Part shown: one piece after another, positions 1-12,600 of the stretch
Position numbering within the stretch: the first letter of the stretch is position 1
Layout: every line of letters begins with the position of its first letter
Virus record (IMG/VR): IMGVR_UViG_3300020247_000002
Coordinates: 1-64,000 of that record
Origin: a virus
Lineage: Duplodnaviria; Caudoviricetes
Strand: one strand, 5' to 3'
Length of the DNA stretch: 64,000 nucleotides
Program-made: the position numbers and the translations under genes
Notes under the pieces: generated by a model
Told to the model about the DNA's origin: nothing
Seen by the model: only the letters and a program-made list of their open reading frames with translations
The model's database searches: none

Positions 1-19
1 ACTATATAATATAACACTA

Positions 20-48
20 TGGACAAATTGATTTGACCGTGGTATACT
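20..48 (+). promoter_or_regulatory. Sigma70-like (early/host-type) promoter
   Basis: TGGACA (20-25), 17-nt spacer, TATACT (43-48) with an extended -10 TG, 22 nt upstream of the ATG at 71. Confidence 0.55.
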
Positions 49-70
49 TACTATGTACTGACAACAAGTT

Positions 71-829
71 ATGGCTAAAGGATTTACAGTAAAAGCAAAC
101 GCTCCCAAGACTAAGAAGGTTGAGGATGATTTTAATCTTGAGGAAGCGAAGGCATTAGCAAAAGGAAAAGCGATCGTCTTCTGTCTGCCTGGCAGAGGCG
201 TGTCATATATCTTCCTCAAGAACTTTGTTCAACTTTGTTTTGACCTCGTTCAGAATGGATCTTCAATTCAGATCAGTCAAGACTACTCATCTATGGTTAA
301 CTTTGCACGTTGCAAGTGCCTAGGTGCGAACGTATTGCGTGGACCTGACCAAGTTCCTTGGGATGGTAAACTCAAGTACGACTGGCAACTCTGGATTGAC
401 TCTGATATCGTCTTTGATACAGAGAAGTTCTACCGTTTGGTTTGGATGCAGAAAGATATTGCTGGCGGTTGGTATTGCACAGAGGATGGAAAGACCACTT
501 CAGTGGCACATTGGTTGGAAGAAGAGGACTTTGCCAAGAATGGTGGGGTTATGAATCACGAAACCATTGAATCTATCTCTCGTAGACGCAAGCCTTTCAC
601 AGTTGACTACACTGGATTCGGTTGGTTGCTCATCAAGAACGGTGTATTTGAACATAAGGAGATGAAGTATCCTTGGTTTGCACCTAAAATGCAAGTCTTT
701 GACTCAGGTGAAGTCCAAGATATGTGTGGAGAGGACGTTTCATTCTGCTTAGATGCAAAAGAAGCGGGTATGGAGATCTGGATTGATCCTAAAATTCGCG
801 TTGGACACGAGAAAACAAGGATTATCTAA
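71..829 (+). CDS. GT-A fold glycosyltransferase-like protein of the type seen in T4-like cyanophages
   Basis: 252 aa with a DxD motif (WIDSDIVF), TGFGWLLIK, GEDVSFC and a C-terminal VGHEK, resembling GT2-like enzymes. Confidence 0.6.
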   Translation: MAKGFTVKANAPKTKKVEDDFNLEEAKALAKGKAIVFCLPGRGVSYIFLKNFVQLCFDLVQNGSSIQISQDYSSMVNFARCKCLGANVLRGPDQVPWDGKLKYDWQLWIDSDIVFDTEKFYRLVWMQKDIAGGWYCTEDGKTTSVAHWLEEEDFAKNGGVMNHETIESISRRRKPFTVDYTGFGWLLIKNGVFEHKEMKYPWFAPKMQVFDSGEVQDMCGEDVSFCLDAKEAGMEIWIDPKIRVGHEKTRII

Positions 830-993
830 TGGAAACCAAGTACAAAGTAGTCGAATTGGGTACTTCTGGGTGGTGTGTAAACGATCCGAAGCAAGATGTA
901 GGTCTTACTAAGGATCAAGCACAACAAAGACTGGAGTTTTACCTTGAAGAGGGTATCTCTCCAGACCGATTACGGGCTCAAATTGATAAATAA
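829..993 (+). CDS. Small hypothetical protein (54 aa), resembles a small cyanobacterial/cyanophage family
   Basis: Read manually: ATG overlaps the upstream TAA; METKYKVVELGTSGWCVNDPKQDVGLTKDQAQQRLEFYLEEGISPDRLRAQIDK*. Confidence 0.7.
   Translation: METKYKVVELGTSGWCVNDPKQDVGLTKDQAQQRLEFYLEEGISPDRLRAQIDK
985..992 (+). promoter_or_regulatory. T4-type late promoter variant
   Basis: GATAAATA, 22 nt upstream of the ATG at 1015. Confidence 0.45.
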
Positions 994-1014
994 AAGAAAA
1001 AAAGGTAAGTAGTT

Positions 1015-1167
1015 ATGGATTCAGATCCTACAAAGTCACCATTGAATGTAGAAAGCGCTGGTTTAAAGAGTGGCAGTGTCAAAGGTCAGTACGATGTGAG
1101 TGCTCAAGCTCGCAAAAAGGCTGCCGCAAACACCAATTCTAATCAGTCTCCACTAGCTGCTGGCTAA
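1015..1167 (+). CDS. Small hypothetical protein (50 aa)
   Basis: Read manually: MDSDPTKSPLNVESAGLKSGSVKGQYDVSAQARKKAAANTNSNQSPLAAG*, with AAGGT upstream and a terminator downstream. Confidence 0.6.
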   Translation: MDSDPTKSPLNVESAGLKSGSVKGQYDVSAQARKKAAANTNSNQSPLAAG

Positions 1168-1189
1168 GATTCACTCAAAATTCTTTTAC

Positions 1190-1214
1190 AGACCCTCAAA
1201 AAGGGTCTTTTTTT
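1190..1214 (+). terminator. Rho-independent terminator
   Basis: AGACCCT-caaaa-AGGGTCT stem followed by a T run. Confidence 0.8.
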
Positions 1215-1217
1215 GTG

Positions 1218-1225
1218 TCTAAATA
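1218..1225 (+). promoter_or_regulatory. T4-type late promoter variant
   Basis: TCTAAATA directly after the terminator, heading the baseplate operon. Confidence 0.55.
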
Positions 1226-1247
1226 CATAATGATAATAATTTTGTCC

Positions 1248-1388
1248 ATGATGAAGTTAAAAAACACTCAATTTACAGTTCCCGATGATGGTTTCATCGA
1301 AAAACCAGAGGAATCGGACGATATGTTGCGTGAAGTTGTTGGCGATGACGCTAATGATAAGAAAAGAAAACAAAATCTGAGTGAATAA
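1248..1388 (+). CDS. Small acidic hypothetical protein (46 aa)
   Basis: Read manually: MMKLKNTQFTVPDDGFIEKPEESDDMLREVVGDDANDKKRKQNLSE*; its TAA overlaps the gp25 ATG. Confidence 0.6.
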   Translation: MMKLKNTQFTVPDDGFIEKPEESDDMLREVVGDDANDKKRKQNLSE

Positions 1389-1804
1389 TGTCAAAAATCG
1401 ATAGATCGTTAGTCCAGAAAAGGTATTTTCGGGATATTAGTCTTAGTTTCGCAAAGCATCCTGTCACAGATGACATTGGAGCCTTGGGAAATGAGGATGC
1501 AATCAAGCGATCTGTTGAAAATCTGGTAAGAACACAGCTTGGAGAGAGGTTTTTCGCTCCACGTCTAGGAAGTGACATCACAAATTCTCTATTTGAGATA
1601 CCTGATGAGGCAATGGCCTACAGTTTAGAGGATGACATATACCTTTTACTGGAAAACTTTGAACCTAGAATCGCAGAAGTGAGTATTAAAATATCTTTTC
1701 CTTACGATACTAATGATTTGAATGTAACTATAGCATATGACATCGTTGGATTAACCCTTCCAAGACAAAATGTAGACTTTATCCTCCAATCAACTAGAAT
1801 ATAA
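1388..1804 (+). CDS. gp25: Baseplate wedge subunit (T4 gp25-like)
   Basis: AIKRSVENLVRTQLGERFFAPRLGS and ENFEPRI motifs; lies directly before gp6. Confidence 0.92.
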   Translation: MSKIDRSLVQKRYFRDISLSFAKHPVTDDIGALGNEDAIKRSVENLVRTQLGERFFAPRLGSDITNSLFEIPDEAMAYSLEDDIYLLLENFEPRIAEVSIKISFPYDTNDLNVTIAYDIVGLTLPRQNVDFILQSTRI

Positions 1805-3678
1805 TGTCTTTCAATCAATTTACAAACCTAGACTTCGCTGATCTTCGAGCTCAAATCAAAGATTATCTTCGAGCGAACAGTGATTTTTCAGATTTTGACT
1901 TTGAAGGATCTAACTTTTCGATTCTAATTGATCTTTTAGCGTACAATAGTTACATTACTGCCTATAATACCAACATGGCAGTCAATGAGTGCTTCCTTGA
2001 CAGTGCAACTTTAAGAGAAAACGTTGTTTCACTTGCTAGAAACATTGGATATGTACCCAGATCGACTAGATCTGCTAGGGCAGTCATTAATTTCTCAGTA
2101 AACATGGGTGATAATGAAACTAGAATCGTTTCTTTGAAGGCTGGACAGGTTGCTTTAGGTGCTCAACAGGGCGGATCTTACATTTTTTCAATTCCAGACG
2201 ACTTTGTTGCAACAACAGACGAAACTAATGTCGCTAGATTCAACAATTTAAACATTTACGAAGGAATTTACCTTCAAAAAACTTTTAAGATTGATTATTC
2301 TCAACCAAATCAACGTTTTATTCTTCCAAACGCACAAATTGACTCAACTTCTATTCGTGTTATCGTCGAATCTACGACAAAAGAGATTTATACACTGTAT
2401 GATAACATTTTAAGAGTTGATGCTACGTCAAAACTCTTCTTAATTCAAGAAATTGAAGATGAACAATATGAAATTCTCTTTGGAGACGGTATTTTAGGTA
2501 AAAAACCTCCTGCTGGAGCTACAGTTACCGTAAATTACATTGTGTCAAATGGAAGACTTGGAAATGAGGCTAGAAAATTCTCATTTGTCGGAGTTTTGGA
2601 GGATGATCAGGGTCAATCAGTCACATCAGGCATCTCAGTTGTCAGAACTTCACAGGCAGCAGCTGATGGAGACAATATTGAAGACATTAGTTCTATCAAA
2701 TACCTAGCACCTCGTATATACTCCTCACAATACCGTGCAGTAACGGCAAATGACTACACAGGTATAATTCCATTCGTGTATCCTAACGTTGAATCTGTGA
2801 CCTCCTACGGTGGAGAGGAACTCGAACCACCTGAGTATGGAAAAGTGTTTATTTCCATCAAACCGAAGAACGGTTCTTTCCTTTCACAAATTACAAAGGA
2901 CGATATTTCCAGACAACTCAAACAATATTCGATTGCTGGTATCAAACCAGAAATTATCGACCTCAAATATCTTTATGTTGAAGTTGATACTTCTGTTTAC
3001 TTTAACAGTAACGCAATTTCAGATTCCGCTGAACTGGTGACATCTGTAACCAAGGCTTTGTCATCATATTCACAATCATCTGACATTAATGCTTTCGGGG
3101 GAAGATTTAAGTATTCTAAAATCGTCAGTTTGATTGATGACTCTGCAAGAGGTGTTACTTCTAACATTACAAAGGTAAAAATGAGAAGGGACATCACTCC
3201 TGAGATCAATACCTTTGCAACTTATGAACTTTGTTACGGAAATGCGTTCTTCAAACAACGTAATGGTTATGGAATACGTTCTACAGGATTTAACGTAAGT
3301 AATATCTCTGGAACCGTTTACATGGGCGACATTCCTACTGCTGGAACTGATGTAGGTAAGATCATTTTCTTTAAACTTGAAAACAACCTACCTTTAGTCG
3401 TTAAAAATGATGCTGGTACAATCGATTACGTCCACGGAGAGATTAATCTTGATGTGGTAAATATAACAGGTACTTCTTTAGCGAATGGTCAGATACAAGT
3501 TGAGGCAATTCCTCAATCTAATGATGTTATCGCTCTTAAAGATCTTTATCTACAATTAGACGTTACCAATAGTTCTGTTAATGCACTTCCTGACGTTGTA
3601 TCCTCTGGTGAGAATACATCTGCTACTGCATACGTCACAACATCTAGTTACGCTAGCGAATCAATCTACACAAGATAA
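1804..3678 (+). CDS. gp6: Baseplate wedge subunit (T4 gp6-like)
   Basis: LDFADLRAQIKDYL, FSDFDFEGSNFS, FLDSATLRENVVSLARNIGYVPRS, RAVTANDY; 624 aa. Confidence 0.95.
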   Translation: MSFNQFTNLDFADLRAQIKDYLRANSDFSDFDFEGSNFSILIDLLAYNSYITAYNTNMAVNECFLDSATLRENVVSLARNIGYVPRSTRSARAVINFSVNMGDNETRIVSLKAGQVALGAQQGGSYIFSIPDDFVATTDETNVARFNNLNIYEGIYLQKTFKIDYSQPNQRFILPNAQIDSTSIRVIVESTTKEIYTLYDNILRVDATSKLFLIQEIEDEQYEILFGDGILGKKPPAGATVTVNYIVSNGRLGNEARKFSFVGVLEDDQGQSVTSGISVVRTSQAAADGDNIEDISSIKYLAPRIYSSQYRAVTANDYTGIIPFVYPNVESVTSYGGEELEPPEYGKVFISIKPKNGSFLSQITKDDISRQLKQYSIAGIKPEIIDLKYLYVEVDTSVYFNSNAISDSAELVTSVTKALSSYSQSSDINAFGGRFKYSKIVSLIDDSARGVTSNITKVKMRRDITPEINTFATYELCYGNAFFKQRNGYGIRSTGFNVSNISGTVYMGDIPTAGTDVGKIIFFKLENNLPLVVKNDAGTIDYVHGEINLDVVNITGTSLANGQIQVEAIPQSNDVIALKDLYLQLDVTNSSVNALPDVVSSGENTSATAYVTTSSYASESIYTR

Positions 3679-6600
3679 ATGACAGATATTAAAAGAGTAA
3701 AGATATCTCATTTAGTTGAGTCTCAGATTCCTGAGTTCATTAACGAAGAGTCTGCAATGTTCCAGGCCTTCCTAGATCAGTATTATCAATCTCAGGAACA
3801 TCAATCAGGTATCGTTGACTTGGCAAACAACCTTGCTGAGTACAGACAGATTAGTGCCTTCAATAATGAGACTTTAATACCAGCTACAGCTCTTGCTGAC
3901 TCTTGTTTTGCTGGTGATAGCGTAATTCAAGTTGCTTCAACAGTTGGTTGGCCAGACACATATGGTTTGTTGAAGATTGAGAACGAAATTATAACTTACA
4001 AGTCCAAAACTGCCACATCCTTTGTTGATTGTGCTAGAGGATTCAGTGGTATCGATCAAATATCAAAAGATGACGATGCCGAGTTTCTACAGTTCAGTGA
4101 AACAGTTGCAACTGCACATCCAGCTGGATCGGCAGTCTTAAATTTAAGTAATCTATTCTTACAGACATTCTTTTCAAAATTCAAGACTGAATTCTTGCCT
4201 GGATTTGAAAATAGAAGTTTTATTAGTGGAACATCTGTCACTAATATTCTTACTAGGGCAAAAGACTTCTACATGTCGAAGGGAACTGACGCTTCATACC
4301 AGATTCTCTTTAAACTTCTATACGGTGAGGATATTGAACTCCTCAAACCGATTGACAGAACTATAACTCCGTCTGCAAACGTATATTTCAAAACCAAACA
4401 CGTTTTAGTTGAAAACCTCTTTGGTGGACAACCATTAGAATCTATTGGTAACTTCTTATTCCAAGATGTTGCTGGAATTGGTACTGTAAGTGCTTCAATC
4501 TACAATGTAGAGTACAGACCAATCAATCAAGTTGACTTTTTTGAGTTATCATTGGATGCTACATCATTTGATGGCAATTTCCAAGTGCCTGGTAAGACAA
4601 AAACACTTGAGGTCATCGGTGCTGCGTCAAGTACGATTGTAGTTGACTCTACAGTTGGGTTTGGACAGTCTGGAACCCTTCTTGTAAGACCTACAAAGGG
4701 TGCTAACTTCCTAAACGTCAGTTATAACGATAAAACTATTAATCAGTTCCTAGGCGTTTCTGGGATCTCTACAGACTTGATATTTGGTGCAGATATTCTT
4801 GAAAATAAACTTGCATATGCTTATGCTGGTTTTGGTCAAACATCTATAATGCAATTTAGACTTGTGAACGTCATTGATGATGCAGATGCAAGTCAATCCA
4901 CCAATATGCAAATTGGTGACAGTCTTAAATTGCTTTCATTCGGTAAAGACTTAGGACAACAACCTCAATTCAATAACTGGATCTATAATATCCCTTCCAG
5001 TCATAATATTTCTAAAGTTAGTCAGGTAAACGTCAACACTTTCAGAATTAACATCTTCGATTCTGTTGTTTTCTACATTGATGAAGTTTTAGTCATCAAA
5101 AATCAAAATGGAGACTCTGCTCGTATTACAGTTAAAGATATTGAGTATGATGCAACCAATACTTCCAAGATTTATGCAAATACTATTGTTGTTCAGACTG
5201 CCACAACAATTCCATCTAATCCAACTGTAATTACAAAAACAGTTACTAAAGCATCTCACAACTCAGACTATTTCCCAGGCGTAGACGACTTCCCTGTTGG
5301 TATTCAGAATAGTTACTTAGACAAGAATGACGAATTCTTCTATATCACTTCTTCTGGTCTACCTAACTATCCAATCTTTGCAACTGACAACAAGGTCTTT
5401 ACAAAAAGTTCCCCAGTGGAGGTTGTAGACGGTTTTGGGACACCTTTACTCGGTGGTGGGTTTACTTATACCCTACAATCTTACGACCCCTCATTCACCG
5501 TAGGAGCGAACACTAATCAACTCCTAAATCACAACTATGTGACTGGTGATAAGATCTATTGGGACAATACAACCAATAGTGGTATCAGCACTGGTATCTA
5601 CTTTGTAACTGCTATCAACCAAACTGACTTCTACTTGTCATATAGTGGTTCTGATGTATTTGCTAAGAAATATATCGCTGTCAAGACTGATACTTCTGGA
5701 CAGTTCATCTACAAGTCAGGATGGGAGAACAAAACTCTTAAAAATCAAAAGATTCTTAGAAAGTATCCTAATTACAAGCAACAGACTTTATTCGACGATA
5801 AGAATCAAAGACAAATCAACAACAGACCTGTAGGATTGTTAGCAAACGGTGTTGAACTGTTTCCTCCTACTGTTTTTGATGAACAGATCTTCCACGGTGA
5901 CATCACAGAGATTAAAGTTACTAATTCTGGTAAAGATTATGATGTTATCACAGGACCTCCACTCGTCATCAACGATCAACAGGGAACTGGTGCTGTTGCT
6001 CATGCTAATGTGTCTGGATCTTTCAGAGAAGTTAAACTGGTTACTCCTGGCATCGGATATCAGGAAAAACCCAAGATTACTGTTACTGGTGGTAACGGAA
6101 CTGGTGCCGTCCTTGAGTCTAACTTAGTCAGAGGTCGTATCGTAGCTAACTTTAAGGCTGACGGTACATCTGTTGATACATTTGATGAAAGTATCACTTT
6201 CCAAATAAGACATAACTTTGAATCTGGAGAAGGTATTGTATATGACTCTAGAGGTAACACTCCTATCGTTAATATTGTTGATGGATCAACATATTACGCT
6301 GGTGTCATCAATGAGAAGACAATCAAGTTACATAAGACACCCGAAGATGCAAAAGCAGGCATCAATACTGTAAATATCGGAAATATCAGTTTTGGTTTCC
6401 ACAGTCTAACAACTGTGCAAGCGAAAAACACAATTACTAGGATCTACGTCAAAAATTCTGGGTCTGGTTACTCAAACAAGAAAGTTATCATTCAAGGTAG
6501 ACCAACTAACGGTGATGTGCAGTCAGGTATCAGCACATCAGACGATTACGTTCTTGCATTTAATCATAACTTCAATAATGGTGAGATTATTGAGTATTCT

Positions 6601-9600
6601 ACAGAGGGAACCATTGCAAGTGGTCTTTCTACAACTACACAGTATGCAGTTAAAGTAATTGACAATAATAGATTCAGATTATGTGATGTTGGAGTTGTTA
6701 CACAAAGAAATCTTACCAATTACAACAAAAACAAGCCAACTGTCATTCGTGGATTCGGTTCTGGTAGACATACCTTCAGATATCCTCCGATTGTTGTTAA
6801 TGTTGAAAGTTTATCTGCTATTGGTAGTACAACTGTTATTCAACCTGAGTTTTCACCTCTGGTTCTTGGTGAAGTCGAAAGTGTTTACCTAGAAGAGGGT
6901 GGTATTGGTTATGGTTGCACTAACATCATGGATTTCCACAGAAGACCTGATGTTGGTATCTCTACTGTTGTATTCAACGCTCTACTCAAACCAATTATCA
7001 TTGATGGTTCAATCGTTGACGTTCAGATTCTTGCTTCTGGTAAAGGATACCGTGAAGACTCCGATATTAACATCTTTAGTCCTACTGGTGACTTTGCAGA
7101 CATCAGACCAGTCATCACTGGTGATAAGATTACTGGTGTACGAGTTCTTGACGGCGGTATTGGTTATGATTCAGCAACAACAACTCTGGATCTTCAAAAC
7201 AGAGGTAAATCTGCAAAGTTCATTGCAAATGTTCGCGAATGGAAGATTAACCAAGTTCAGAAGAACGATGCCATCATTAGTGATGAAGATTCACTACTTA
7301 CTAAACCAAGTACAAACCCTGCCTTCCAATTACAGACAATAGGCATCTATCCACCACAAAAACTTAGATTCCAACTCGGAGACAATATTGATTCTGGTAA
7401 TCTGGAGACTCCCAATGCTTTTCACTCACCTATACTCGGTTTTGCTTACGATGGTAATCCAATTTATGGTCCTTACGGATATCAAACCCCAACTGGAGGA
7501 GCCGTTAGACGATTGCAGTCTGGATATATTCTTGACACCACTCTAAGATCGGGTCTGAGACCTCCTGGCTTTGCCTTTGGGTATTTCACCAATGATTACC
7601 TCTTTGACAACTCTGGAGACCTTGACGTGCATGGTGGGCGTTATTGTGTAACACCACAGTACCCAGATGGTACATATGCTTACTTCTACAGCGTAGATGT
7701 TGATTCTAGTGGAGTTGCCAAACCAAAATTCCCATATCTACTTGGTGGATCATTTAAAGACAGTCCAATCGAAGAAAACTTCACAACTTTCTTCAATCAG
7801 GATATTGATATCACTGAAAGAGAACTTACAAGAAACGTAGCACCATATTATCTCTCATATGGTAATTCCGACTATGAATTGATTGATGATGTTAAGGATG
7901 CCTTAAAACAAGAGTTTGAAGTCACTAAAACAAAGAGTGCTGGTATTTCTTCCGTAACTATCTTCTCTAGAGGTGATGGATACAAAGTTGACGACGTATT
8001 AGAACTTGATAATAGTGGAACTGATGGAACTGGAGCAAATATTGTCATTGGATCAGTTTTAGGTAAGGCTGTTGATTCTGTACAGATTGGAGTTACTACT
8101 TTCCGTGAAACTGAGTTAGTTAAGACCAAAGAAACGATTACTGGGGTAACAACCGTGCCTCATGGTATTGCAAGTGGTGAAAGTGTAATTCTAAGTGGTA
8201 TTAGCACTGCTGACTTTACTGAGTTCAATGGTATTCGCAAAGTTAGCGTTATTACAAGAACATCTGGTCTTTCTCAGTTCTTAGACAACGTAACTAACAC
8301 TGGTGTTAGCACTGCGATCTTCGTTACTGATGTAAGAGGGTTTGAACCTGGCGATACGATTGGTATTGGTACAGAGATCATGACAGTCACTAATATTGAC
8401 ACAAGGTTCTCTAGATTGTTCATCAACAGAGAAAACTATGTTGGTGCTGCAATGACTCATGCAGTTGGTACTAATAACATTGTTTTAAAACCAACTAAGT
8501 TCTCTTTCCCTGTTGGAAACTCAACTGTCACTAGATTTACCTTCGAGAACAATACTACCTTCTTTAATCCACAAGAAACAGTCGGTGTTGGTTCTACAGG
8601 TACACATTACGACATTCCTCTTACTGGACTAAACACATCTGCAGCACAAACCATTGAAAACAGGTTTGTACCTCAACAGAGAATCTTTATTAAGGGACAT
8701 ACGTTCTTCACAGGTCAAGAGTTGACCTACAACATGGGTATTGGTGGAACATCTATTGTGTGGGCAAAAGTCTCTGCTGGTGCTACATCTGGTATCGGAA
8801 CTCAGGTTTTAGAAAACGATAGTAGTGTTTATGCAATTAACTTTGAACAAGACTACATTGGATTATCTACAACTGGTATTCCTACAACAGGTGATGCAGT
8901 TTGGTTCTATAACGTTGCCTCAAATTCAGGATTTGCACATTCCTTCAGGACTAACTTCCCTAAAGTTACAACCAAGGTAGAAAGGTTCTTTGGTGAAGTT
9001 GGAGTGAGTTCTGTACACGAATTACTCACTGGCGACATTATTACACTAGATGCACTTCCACAAGCCGCTGAGACTGTTGAACTTAGGTATGATCCAGTCA
9101 TTTCTAAGATTACAACTGCAAAAGTTGGATTCTCTAGATCTGACTTTACTGATGACTTGAGAAGTTTCAATATTGGGGATGATGATTTCCAAAGTGGCGA
9201 TAAAGTTGTTTATTACGACAATGGTAATACTATTGGTGGATTAGTTCATAATGAGACTTACTTTGTACTTAGAGAGGACATTGATAACATCAAACTCTGC
9301 AAATACAAGTCTGATGTCTTTGAATCCAATCCTGTAGCGATTACAACTATAACAACACCATCTTCAACCAATCCAAGTTTCATTGCTAAGATTAATCCTT
9401 CATTGGAGTTCATAACTGGTAACATCATCACTTTTGATGTTTCAGACCAAAGTTTATTGGATATGAAACTTGATTTCTTCGAGGATCTCAATTTCACTCA
9501 AAGACTTGATGTTAATGGAACAAATGCCACTGGATTCAATATCTTAAGAGATGGTATCTCTGGAAACGTTGGATCTACAGTCAAAGTAAAAACAAACACT

Positions 9601-12600
9601 GATTGGCCTAAAAAGACCTTCTATAACTTGACTCCTGTTGTCCCTTCCGACGCTAGAAAGTTATATGGATCTTCTGATATGGATGTTACAGGTAGAAACA
9701 ACATAACATTCAAAAATGTCGTTCTTAAGACTGATCATGAAATTATCAGAAAAGATGATAAGACATTTACCTTCAACTTGAAAGAAAAACCAACTGCACC
9801 TCAAAGACTCATATCTAGAGTCGGTGTAAGTACAATCACATATAGCACTGCTTCTAAGAACGCTAGAGGACCTATTGCATCTACAAAGATCAATTTCCCA
9901 GGCAAAGGATACACTGTTCTTCCTAAAGTCATTGGTTTTGCTAGTACACAGGGTAGAGATGGTATTGTTAAAGTTTCATCTCCTGAGATTGGTCAAATTG
10001 ACATTATTGAAAGAATCAAAGATGGATTTGACTATCCTACTGATCCTACTCTACTTCCCTTCCTAAGTGTCCCTGCAATCGTTGATATCAGCGGTATTGC
10101 AAGGATGGATGAGATTCAAGTGGTTGATGGTGGTACAAGATACAATCAACCTCCTACACTTGCAGTTCGTGGTAATGATAAAGTAAAAATTGCTGCAACT
10201 GTAAAAGGTGGATCTGTTGATAAGGTTGATATCATTGAAAACGCTTTTGAGTTCAGTGAACCACTCAGTGTTATTACAACCAATAACTCAAATGGTTATG
10301 ACATTGATGCCATAACTCATAGTGGTACAAGTGTTACAGTTGAACTTCTTTTAGACCCACAGTTCAACCTTCCCGTAACAACAGGCTTTGCATCTACAGA
10401 TGTTAAGTTGCCATTTGATGTTGGTGATAAGGTATTTGTTGAGAACTGTAGAATCAAACCATCTTCACTTGCAAATGGAGAGGGCAATTTCAACTCTTCT
10501 GACTATGACTTCTCATTCTATACAGTTACAGGTGTAAACACTACAAATTCTACTGTTACATTTGATATGGGAAATGCTCCTGGCATTTCTACTGTCACCC
10601 TTGGTTCTTACGATGACGATTTCACTTTAGGATCTATTGTGAACTTCAATGATATGGCGAAGTTCAACATGACAATCATTGATGATGCTAAGTTCCTATC
10701 TGGTGAAAAAGTCACATCTACTAGATTTGAAGGATTTGTTGCAGAAGGTGGTTGGAAAGGTAATATTAGTCAACTTAGATTGAGAGACACTATTGGAACT
10801 CTTAGATCTGGCGACACATTGGTTGGTGAGGTATCTGGTTTAGTAGGTAATGTAAGAGATGTAAACAGATTTAGTGTTAGAACAACTCTTGGTGTTACTA
10901 GAGATAAGGTCACTAAGAATGACATGAACGTTGGTATCCTCAACGATTTCAGTCAGAGATTATCGGATAACTTCTACTTCCAGAAGTTCTCATACTCAAT
11001 CAAGAGCAGACTTCCATATAACACATGGAAAGAGTCTGTAAGATCTATTGTTCACCCATCTGGATTCTTAGAGTTCTCAGATTTAATTGTTGAGAGTGAT
11101 CCTAAAGATAACCTCGATACATCAAAGTTACCATCTAATCTGATTGGTTATGTAGATGGTAAACCATACAGCGGACCATATCATGTACATACGAGAGCTG
11201 ATGGAACACAGGTGAGAATGGTTGGTGCTGCACATACAAGCACACCACACAAACTCATATATCCTTACCCTCCTACCATGAAGGTCAAGGCTGTCGATAC
11301 TAAAGTTGATCTCATCTTAAACATTGATAATGAGATTTACATGGGTAAGAGATCCAACTTTGCCATGGTAACTGAGGATGATCAATTACCAAATGGTTCA
11401 GTGCAGAGAATCTTCTTCCCAGAAGGTAGACCAATTAAGAGTTTCATCATGAACAAGACTAACAAAGTCTTGAACTTAGATGATATCTCCTCTGGTTTCA
11501 ATGGTTCTCATGACAGAACAGGAACATTAGTTGGTAGTAAACAGTTCTCACTCTCTGTGGGTGGTGAACCTGTATTTAAGAAGTCATATAATGCTGCAGC
11601 AACTGCCAATGTTGATCTTGCATTGAACATCATTAGTATCCAGAATCATAACTTCCAGACTGGCCAGACTGTGCTTCTCGACACTCAAGGCGGTTCTAAG
11701 ATTGGTATTGCAACTACATCTCACACTACAGGAACTAAAGATATCATCATGGCTGCTAAGGCATCTGGTGTTGGTGGTAGTGCAATGTTTGAAAATGGAT
11801 ATAATGTTCAGATTCCAGGTCCTGTTACAGGAACCGCAGTGACAGAAAATCCTCCAGGCTCACTCTTTAGGATATATGGATTTGGAAATCCCAATGGTGG
11901 ATTACCTGGCATATCAACTAGAGGTAGTGGTGCTACATTCCAAGTTAAGTTTGATTTTGATCAAACCACTGGTCAATGTATATCTACCGCAGTTACTCTA
12001 ACTAATGGTGGATCTGGATACTTTGTTGGAGATGTAGTAAGTATTGCTGGAACCGATTTAGGTGGTACAAATCCTGCTAACATTCTTTCATTCCCAGTTA
12101 CAAAAGTTACTGGTACAAGAACAGGTGTTCAGACATCGTATCTTAACGTTCCATCGACAAACAATGGATCTGGTTCTGGTGCAATATTCAATATCACTAG
12201 AGATGGTAACTTGGATGTTACCGACATAGGTATTGTTTCTGGTGGTACTGGTTATGCCTCCACTAACGTTATCTCCATTGCTGGTACATATATTGGTGGT
12301 GCTACACCTACAGATAACATCTTCTTAAGTCCAGTTGAACTTGGAACTGATGTGATGCCTGATGAATTGTTTATTCAGAAGGTTGATGATGTTAAGTTCA
12401 GAATCTCTGGTTTATCTACATCATTACCATTCCAATTTACAGGTCTAGGAACTGGAACTCACTTACTCAAGGTTGCTGATCCAAACAAACAGGCCTTGAT
12501 TATGATTGATAATATTATTCAAACTCCTATCAAGAACAAGAAGTTAGGAGTAGAGGTCTCTGACCCAGTTGGACCAAGTGATCAGGGCATTGCAATCGGT

